From: Eledone cirrhosa
Taxonomy: Eukaryota
NCBI GenBank assembly: GCA_964016885.1
Contig: OZ024743.1
Location: 201,934,001 to 201,998,000, forward strand
DNA: 64,000 bases
Reading direction: 5' to 3'
Made by a program: the position numbers and the translations under genes. Below, piece by piece: positions 54,895 to 64,000 of the stretch. The notes under the pieces were generated by a model. That model ran no database searches. It saw only the letters and a program-made list of their open reading frames with translations, and was not told the DNA's origin. Position 1 is the first letter of the stretch, and each line of letters opens with the position of its first letter.

Positions 54895-55755
54895 CTAGAA
54901 GAATGGCCCGGCGTTGCTGGGGATTTGCTCTAGGGTTCTTATATATTTGATATATATTTATCCTTATCGAGCCTCGTGAAATAAATACGTTCGTTTATAT
55001 TTTGTTATTGTGTATGTAAACATATTTCTCCATGAATATATAATTATATATATATATTAAAATAACAGATTAAAATTTAAGCAAAGAATCATTGCTTTCA
55101 CACTTAACGGGATCTTCTGAAACTAAAAAAATCAATCTGTGAACGCAGAAAATGAATCGCTGCTTTCACTCTTAACGGGATATTCTACCTAAAAGCAGTA
55201 TGAAGTACACTAAGACTAACTGATGTAATCTTTGGCCTTGTTTGTTTATATTTTGTTTGTGTGTATGCAAAAACATATGTACACGAATATCTATATTAAA
55301 ATAACATATTAATGTTTCAGCAAAGAATCGCTGCTTTCAACCTTAATGGGATCTTCTTAAACTAAAAAATCAATCTGGAAAACAGGAAGACGATACTTTG
55401 GTTCGTGAAGACGTTCTCTGGCATAAGAATATATATACACACACACACACTGATCGCGTCATAATGACGTAATGTAGACAGTCAGGCATACAGACAGATA
55501 TTATGAAGGCGCGACGTCATATCTATGTATCTATCTAAAAAGAGAAAGACTAAGAAAAAGAGAAAGAGATCGCTAAATCGCCTAATGCGATCCCTAGGGC
55601 ATTGCAAATTTGAATCTTTTTTGCTTAGAACACTCAATAGGACCATAAGTATTACATGTGTAAAGTTTGAAAAAAAACGGTTGGGTAGTTCTCGAGTTTT
55701 AGGGAAACAGACAGACAGACAGACAGACAGACATCCTCTGTTTTATATATATAGA
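54895..55755 (-). mobile_element. Non-autonomous Helitron A containing F5 PLE pieces
   Basis: Minus 5' TCTATATATATAAAACAGAGGATGTCTGTCTGTC; 3' CCCAGCAACGCCGGGCCATTCTTCTAG|T; the same 5' end occurs as a fragment at ~20325-20385. Confidence 0.82.
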
Positions 55756-55834
55756 CTAGCAGAAAACCGCCCTCGGGTGGTTTTCTGCTAGTATATATAT
55801 ATATATTACACACACAGAAATGTATATATATTTC

Positions 55835-55881
<47 letters not shown>

Positions 55882-56346
55882 CACACACAGAAATGTATAT
55901 ATATTTCTGTGTGTATATATATATTACACACACAGAAATGTATATATATTTCTGTGTGTATATATATATATATATAGCTCTCTGTGTGTATATATTTATA
56001 TATATTACACACACACAGAAATGTATATATGTTTCTGTAGCACTCCTCAATTCCCTCCTCTCTCCCTCCCGCTATCCCCCTCTTGTAGTCTGTCTCTTTC
56101 TTTCACTCTCACTCTCTCTCTACGCGTGCGCAAAAAACATTCGCACGCGCGCACGTGTTTTAGCTTCTATTCACTCTCTCTCTCTCCCACTCTCCCTCCC
56201 GTTATCCCCCTCTCGTAGTCTGTCTCTTTCTTTCACTCTCACTCTCTCTCTACGCGTGCGCAAAAAACATTCGCACGCGCGCACGTGTTTCCACTGTCGG
56301 ACAGACAGACAAACAGAGAAATTACTGGTTATATATTATAAGGAGA
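55756..56346 (-). mobile_element. Non-autonomous Helitron B abutting Helitron A
   Basis: Minus 5' TCTCCTTATAATATATAACC..GTTTGTCTGTCTGTCC; internal ~130 bp duplication; 3' palindrome ending CTAG. Confidence 0.7.
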
Positions 56347-56840
56347 TATGTATACACACACACGAACACATATATTTTTTATGTGTATTTGGTGTATACG
56401 TTCGTATGTGTGCGGGTACAGGTGTCGCACGGGTTTATGTATGTATGCGCATGTTTATGTGTCCATGCATGCTTATGCATGCATTGCGGGTGTGTTCCGT
56501 TTGCATGTGTATGTACGTATATGGACGCGTGTATGTATATATTTTATTATTGTTGATTTCAATAACCTCTGTCATTTTCGTTCTACTAATTTTTTTACAT
56601 TATTCTTAACTCTGAAGCCGAGAATCACTCGGTTTCCTTAATAGAATATTAGTCTACGACTTCATTTATACCATAAACGTGGTTTTGTCTTTGCATGTAA
56701 TTGTTCTTAACGCTCCACATAATGACGTATTATCTTCGCTTTTTTCCGTTCATTACCAGGGAACTTCTTTACGAACCAATGTACTGTCTTCCTGTTTTCC
56801 TTCGGTTGCAACGTTTTTCGAAATATTTACTTCTGCATTC

Positions 56841-56916
56841 ACAAATTGATTATTTTAGTTTCAGAAGATCCCGTTAGGAGCGAAAGCAGCGATTCGTTGC
56901 TTAAACTTTAATCTGT
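56841..56916 (+). ncRNA. F5 hammerhead-like motif (U4A)
   Basis: AGTTT-CAGAAGA-TCC CGTTA GGA GC-GAAA GCAGC GATTC GTTGC TT-AAACT. Confidence 0.65.
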
Positions 56917-56918
56917 TA

Positions 56919-56968
<50 letters not shown>

Positions 56969-57174
56969 CTTTTTCAAGACTTGCAAGCATGTATATATGT
57001 ATGTGTGTGCGTGCGTGTGTGTGTGTGTGTCTGTGTGCGTGGATATGTGTTTTGTGTGTACGTTTGTACGTATGTACTGCCACGTAAATACGTGAATGGA
57101 TGTGTATATAAGTATGCGCACGAACATATAAAAGTTTCTGCGCAAAATGTATGTGTACGAATAAAGCCAGATGT

Positions 57175-57400
57175 AAGCAGGTTGTCGAGTCCAAGCTAGC
57201 TAATGAAAAGTGTGGCTTTCATTCCTGCTGACCAAATATTCACACTGTGGCAAGTCTTTGAGGCATCGTGGGAGTATTGCCAAGCGATGTATACATGCTT
57301 TGTAGACCTCGAAAAGGCATATGACTGAGTTCCACGGGAAGGTTCTGCAGAAGTATGGGATCGATGGACAGTTACTTGTTTCGATGATGTCTCTAAACGA
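57175..57400 (+). mobile_element. Degenerate RTE-like RT fragment
   Basis: ..CGFHS..DQIFTLWQVF..WEY..MYTCFVDLEKAYD.VPR. Confidence 0.75.
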
Positions 57401-59660
57401 ACGGCCTTGTATTTGTATTTGGAAAATTGGATATTCAGCCCCCGACGTTAACTCTACAACATGCACCCTTTCTCTCAATTATGCATCACATTCACATATG
57501 CCAAATCCTGTATTAACTCATAACATTATATGTCCCTCTGTACTGCTTTGAAAATTTCCCCAATTATATTTAACAATTTAGTTACTATCGTAGGAAATAA
57601 TTTTATGAATTTGTATAAAACCTTTATTTCTTAATTTTCAATAACGCAACACTGAGAGTGTGGGACATACGCGGCTACGTAGTTGGCTCTTTAATAAAGC
57701 CAGTCTGTGTTTAGCATTCCGACACAAAAATTAAGATACATTTCAATTACTTGATGCATCAATGAAGCATTTTAATTTCTGTTTATACTAAAAGATGTCA
57801 TATCTTCTTGCTCTCAAGATTAACAAACGACTGATTCAAAGTTTCATGAACCAAACTAGATCCTCTACGTCACACCCCATGCTAGAAATAGCAGCCATAT
57901 CTTTTTCGAAACAAACAGTACCTTATTAAATTAATAAGATCAAATTTAGTGATGTAGTCCCAGAAATTCTTAAAACGCATTTACAGCTGAATTGCATTTG
58001 ATCATTTGTTTAATCAATCAAGCTTGACCTAGAGCCAAACAACAACAACAACTATAGTATCAACAACAACAAAACGGTTGTTTCATCCTGGTCAACTCTT
58101 CAATACAACTAACCTTTCAATAATTCTATTCACCGTCTCATTTGTCGATATTTAATGGCTTCTGGCAAAAGAGGAAACGCTATTCAAATCCGCCTTGAGA
58201 AACCTCATTGCAAAACAGAAGTCGATTATTCTGGTGCCAGTTCGTTGGTTCATGATAGCGTTTGAGATTTCATTGTTTGATATGTTCAAACGTTTCTCCT
58301 AACTCTCTTTCTATATCAAATATCAGTCTATCGTTCTATCTATTAGACCGTCTTAATCGCTTCATCTTTCTATTCATCTGTCACTCTCTCTTTCGATCTC
58401 TAATCCATTTATCTTTTTCTCAGTCTATTTTTCTATCTTTCTCTCAGTTCTCTATCTTTATCTCTATATATTTCTGTCGAACACACCCGGTTTACTCTCT
58501 GATATTAATTTAATGTTTGAAAAAGTTTAAATCAAATCCAGCATATTATCACTACTCTCCCTATTTATCATATCAACCTTCTGAATCACCCTGATGCTGT
58601 TTATCCTGTAGTAAGATGTGATAGAATTTGGTTGCGATTTTCGCGTTGATTGAGTGACTAGAAAACCTGATAGTCAGAAGCAAAGGATATCAAAACTTAT
58701 AGACATATTCATATGTCAAAACGAGATAGCTTAAAATAAATCAATAAAAAGTTTGATAATGGAAGAAAGAGCTTAATATTAAGGTATATGACATAGTTTA
58801 TGTCAGAAAACTACTTTAAAATTCTATTCGTCTATATCAGTTATGGTGTGTGTCTAATAGTCACGAAATTACATTAACACTATGTCAGCTTCAATGGTTT
58901 TCAAAGGGACAATTCAGTCATAGTACCTGATACAATGAAAGTTCCCGCGAATATATACTATTACATCGTATTAAACTCTAATCTAAATAAAATAATACAT
59001 TATAGCATAATACACTATGATATGAATCCGTTGTTTGATGACACATACATATACACAGAGACACAGATACACATATATACGAACACACACACATACACAC
59101 ACACACACACACACATAAATACATAAAGGAAATAGGGCCATAATTTAATTAGATTGATGATGAAAGAAGGCAGATGAACGCATTAATGTTATGAGTACTC
59201 TTATATAAAGGAACATACTTTGTCCTACGGTTAACAAGTTGGCAAGTTAGGCTTTCAAACATATCTCAATCAAAAAAACTATTGACAGAATCTTGAACAA
59301 GATAAATTGAAAGGAAAGACAAATAAAAGAGAAGAAAAAAACGAATAATTTAGCATTGTTGTATTTGATAGCTGTTTACATATATGTCAAACTACGGGTT
59401 TTTAAGTCACCTTGTTGTTCTTGTTTAAGCTCAATTTCATGCAAGCACTAACCCGAGGTCGTATAACTACTAGCATTCCAGATGTGACCATCAATTTTGT
59501 GTCATAAAATCTATTTGCAACTAACTACATGTTTTAATATAACGTCTTTTCTTACGGCGGAAGGGCACATTTTCAATTGGATCGAGCTGTTGTTTCTACA
59601 AGTTGTAGCTACATTTTTGCCTCAGGTGTGTGTGTATGCCTGTGTGTGTGTGTGTGTGTG

Positions 59661-59724
<64 letters not shown>

Positions 59725-60056
59725 TGTGCGTGTGTCTGTGCGTGTGTGTGTGTGTGTGTGTATTTGTGTATGTGTGGTGCATAGAATGATAGCTTGTGCT
59801 ACGTCTATCCTCATTTTACAAAGAATGCACCATGGTCGACTGATGAAGTTGTTCGCTTCACGATCATTAGGTGTGAGTATTTGATCTCACTATGTGTATT
59901 TTACAAATGTTGACATAGCCAAGGAAAACATTCCTTATCAGTTGAATACTCTTTGGGTAGTGAGATTATAGAACGGATCTTTCAAACTTATGCAAATGAA
60001 TCAGTTATAAACATTTATATTTGTTGAATTTCCAACAAATTAAATATCCCTTTCAC

Positions 60057-60233
<177 letters not shown>

Positions 60234-60703
60234 CATATATATATATACATATACATATAGCGCTAAATATATGATTAGAATTCATTTCTTTACTTTTTAA
60301 ACATGTTTTTGTGTAGTTTTTATAAATATATTCAATATTGTATTTTTTTTATACCATTATAATAGCATTAGTTTTAGATTGTAATTTTTTGGCAGTTCTC
60401 GTGTCAGAAGCGAGTTACGTTTATATTTTTAAAATAACATACTTCAAAGAAACTCTCTCTATTTTTCACATGTGTTAATATGCATGACCCAGTTTTAAAA
60501 TATGAAACTGCAATAACCGAATACAAAAACAACTACACAAAGAACATAATAACCACACTATAGCGTGAAAGGAAATATAATTTTTTTGAATAAATAAAAA
60601 TCATGCAGAAAATCATATTTCTAAAACATAAAAATTAAGTTTTAGTCAGATAAAAAAGTTTCCAACACGTCATGGTTGAAAGATACATACATGCAATTAC
60701 ACC

Positions 60704-60737
<34 letters not shown>

Positions 60738-60821
60738 GATATGCATATATATTGATATTGGAAAATAAGCTATAAGTCAGTCTAGAAAATGTTGTATGGT
60801 TATAGCTTTGATATGTTTAAA

Positions 60822-60926
<105 letters not shown>

Positions 60927-60978
60927 TGTGTCAGTGTGTATGTGTGTGTGTGTGTGTCTGTATTTATTTACTATCATT

Positions 60979-61160
60979 TGGCAGTATCGGTAGAGGGTCG
61001 GACGCTATGCTTTGAAGAATGGAGTTACGGCCTTTGCCATTCTGAGTTCGAATCCCGCCGAGGTTAACTTTGCCTTTCATCCCTATGGGGTCGATAAAAC
61101 AAGGTACCAGTATTGCACTGGGATAATTGCTGGCCTTGTGGCAAACGTAGAAACAATTAT
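60979..61160 (+). mobile_element. SINE, same family as 33130-33310
   Basis: TTCTGAGTTCGAATCCCGCCGAGGTTAACTTTGCCTTTCATCCCTATGGGGTCGATAAAAC. Confidence 0.78.
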
Positions 61161-61889
61161 TAGCATAGATTAAACGACGGCATGAAGGAACTGAAATATG
61201 ATTAGTGTTATTCAATGCTTGCTACCTAGGGTACCGAAGCCTGCCCCTTCTATTAACCGTAAAATTATATGATGGACTGCTCGGGGATATGCTTTTATTC
61301 AGGCAAAAAGAGATGATGGCTGACGTGTTTTCATATGAAATTTCGCCTGTCTTAAAATACGCCATCCAACATATCTGAAATATTCTTGAAATATGAAAAT
61401 AATCTTTAACATAGAAGAGAGAAATGAAAAAAAACAACAAAAAAACCTAAACAATCGAAATTGGTGCTTCGGCCAAATCCTATCAATACCATCCACAACA
61501 CTTCATAACATAAACCAATATAGCCCCAGCATTAATTTGGCATTCGATGTTCCTCAGTTGTACAGATCAATTCCAAATGGATTACCAAACGAGACCAATG
61601 TTTCTTCTGAGACATAAAACAAGAATCTAGATCAGCAATCTACAAACTTCTATAACCAAAACCGTGTAGCCATTACCAATTCATTGATTCACCCAATAGA
61701 CGTGCCAGTATAATGAAAAATACACCGAAAGCATTGACTCTCTGAAGATAGGACACATGGTGTGTTCCAGCATCATTTTGTGTCTTGTGGCTAAAACAAA
61801 AAAAACCCAAAAAACTTAGGAATTAAATACTTTACTAATGTGTATGTACACAATTCTGCACATTTGTGTGTATATATATGTATGTAAGT

Positions 61890-62055
61890 GAAGGAGCGTG
61901 GTTTAGTGGTTAAGAGGTTATATGCTCATGATTTTAAGATCGTCAGTACGATTCCAAAAATTGAGTTCTGCTTGCAATTCAAAAGGCCAGTTGAATGGAC
62001 TTGAGAATGAAATTAAGGGTACACGTGTCTATTGAATGCTCAGCCAAGTTCACTA
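61890..62055 (+). mobile_element. Degenerate tRNA-derived SINE
   Basis: GGAGCGTGGTTTAGTGGTTAAGAG (A box-like) ..AGTACGATTCC (B box-like). Confidence 0.5.
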
Positions 62056-62424
62056 TAATTTTTTTAGTTTGGCTGTTATGTTGCTCGCATAACTAAAATA
62101 TTGTTCATTGTATTCATTAGATGTCCAGTATGTATTCGTTCACAAGTGCTTGTGCAAAAAATATCTTTATATATACATATGTGTATGTACACCATCGCCA
62201 TTTTGAGGGATGCAATGGATGAGAACAGTATTATCAGATATCTGTGCGCATACAAACAAATATTCATACAGAGGCAGAGACATGAGTTGCATACGTGTAT
62301 TTACGCGTTACAATTTAATGGTGGTGTATATATATAGATCGCTATCGCACACTTTTTGAATGGGTATTCCTACTCCTACTCTAGCAGCGAAATATAGGCA
62401 CAAATATTATTTAAACACACACAT

Positions 62425-62459
<35 letters not shown>

Positions 62460-62463
<4 letters not shown>

Positions 62464-62835
62464 GATCGGCAATGCCCGAGCAGTGTACCAATGCGTGTGC
62501 AACGGTTTCCTCGTCGCACACGCATCTGGGACAGATCTTTTTCGAGGGGTCCTTACCCGGGCGCCCGTGTCTGTAGAGCCTTTCTCGAATGGGCAGAGCC
62601 TTTCTGTAGCCAAACCAGACCAGGGACCTCTGGAAGTTATCCATGGGTCCCGGGCTGAATGTCCTACCGAACAGGTTGGCCAGTTCGTCTTCCTCCATGC
62701 CTAGGGCTTCTCCGAGGGCGTCGTCGCACCTGCTAACCACCAGCCCTCTATAGAATGACGAGGTGGATTCTCCACTGACAGCCGGGTCCGCCTGCCAGAG
62801 AGCCGTGAGCCCCTGGGCACACTCAGTGTGCCAGA
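62460..62835 (-). mobile_element. Tx1 ORF2 C-terminal fragment
   Basis: SFYRGLV..LFGRTFSPGPMDNFQRSLVW..ALPIRERLYRHG..CPRC..ETVAHALVHC; homologous to ~25740-26100. Confidence 0.85.
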
Positions 62836-63519
62836 TAGATATCATGGGTGCAAGCTCTGCTATGAGTATTGCAATCGCTTGTCAGATTACAGAAACTGCA
62901 CTTTTAGGGTACGGCCAGCCACACGAACCTGTAACATAATCTGAACAAGCAATGACTGTGCTTTGAAAGTTTTTTTAAGTAGGGAAAATCCTTGCACTCG
63001 ATCAATCTCACTCCCTGAGCATCAATAACACTACCGAAAAGGAGAACTGGTCAACATACTCGGATGCTTCCGAAGCTGTAGGTATTTTTTCAGATTTTCC
63101 CTCTCTTAGAAAGATGTGACAACAATTGGAGGCCTTTCACTCACAGGTGGGAAAAAAGCACTATTTGGATGGCCGTTGACTCTGCTGAGTTCCTCCGCCC
63201 TTCACATATATACATACATATATACATACATATATACACATATTCACACCATTAAAACACATACACTCACAACCCCTCCTATATATATATATATATATAA
63301 TATAGTGGTAGAACACTGGAAGGTAATATCCGTAGTGGTAGAGCACTCAGTCCTTGGGACGAGTTAGGTAGAAGGGGTTACACAACAGTTAGTTCACCAT
63401 ACCGAGAACACTATATATAATATATATGAGTGTGTGTGTGTATACATTCTTACATATATATTTAAATACATATCCGTACATACGAATGTATATATATATG
63501 CATATTTTTATGTGTATCA

Positions 63520-64000
63520 ATCTATCCATTTACCTACCTGGTCTTCCTCTGTCTGGTGGCTATGGCGAAAGAGGTAATATGGTGGACGAGGTTAAAAGGA
63601 CTGAGGGCAAGCACCTTTCTCTCCGGACAACAACTCATCCCCTTCTTTAAGTACCACTTCAGAAGGAAGGTGAGAGTGGAGAGAGAGGTGCTACACCCCA
63701 ATAAATTCGCTGAAAGGTGGGGGAATGTGGCGAAATGACCCGGGTGAATAAGCCTTCTCTATATATAAACCTGTAGGTTGACGAAGTCGGGAACACCTAC
63801 AAAACGTGTTCCTGGTGTTGAGGGTTGTTCTATCCAGGGGGTGTAAAACAACCCCGCAGTTAGTTACCCCCCGCCACCTATTGGGGATTTGAATTGTTTT
63901 ATTTTTATATAGTTTATTGTTATTTATCATTGTTAAAGATTTTATGTAAAATCCCCGCCGTCACGTCTTGTAATGTCCCATTTTTGTACGTCCCTGTGGC
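63520..64000 (+). mobile_element. Tx1 3' fragment (ORF2 end and 3' UTR), running off the window
   Basis: VAMAKEVIWWTRLKG..FFKYHFRRKVRVEREVL..FAERW; 3' UTR AATGTCCCATTTTTGTACGTCCCTGTGG parallels 25160-25230. Confidence 0.85.

Larger units (their letters stand above)
53205..56925 (+). mobile_element. F5 PLE with inverted arm and tail (53205-53650), GIY-YIG remnant (53650-54522), and pLTR split by two Helitrons
   Basis: WYNPP, NTIKIS, CNC, AYIGLTANRFKQRLYMH; pLTR sequence resumes across 54894/56347; 56590-56925 is the reverse complement of 53303-53640. Confidence 0.87.

Overview
Eukaryotic, AT-rich, microsatellite-saturated DNA made almost entirely of transposable elements. The SINE families and (TA)n/(CA)n load suggest a cephalopod such as Octopus (inference). 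I could not confidently identify any host protein-coding gene. The window holds an apparently intact Dong/R4-type RLE LINE in (TAA)n, a full-length frameshifted Tx1/L1 LINE in (ATT)n, RTE fragments, SINEs, three Helitron-type elements and many Penelope-like element (PLE) insertions (RT and GIY-YIG) in (TA)n. The main result comes from folding the non-coding PLE ends by hand: about 10 sequence families and more than 20 copies of type I hammerhead ribozymes (HHRs). They include family-fixed core variants (U3:A8, U4A, U4C, one extra core base), 45-105 nt extended or branched stem II domains, and a retrozyme-like tandem dimer. Most PLE insertions are two-armed inverted structures with both 3' ends facing outward into (TA)n, and usually only one arm carries a tail. 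One insertion joins two different PLE families head-to-head. All folds are manual, coordinates may be off by a few bases, and activity is untested.
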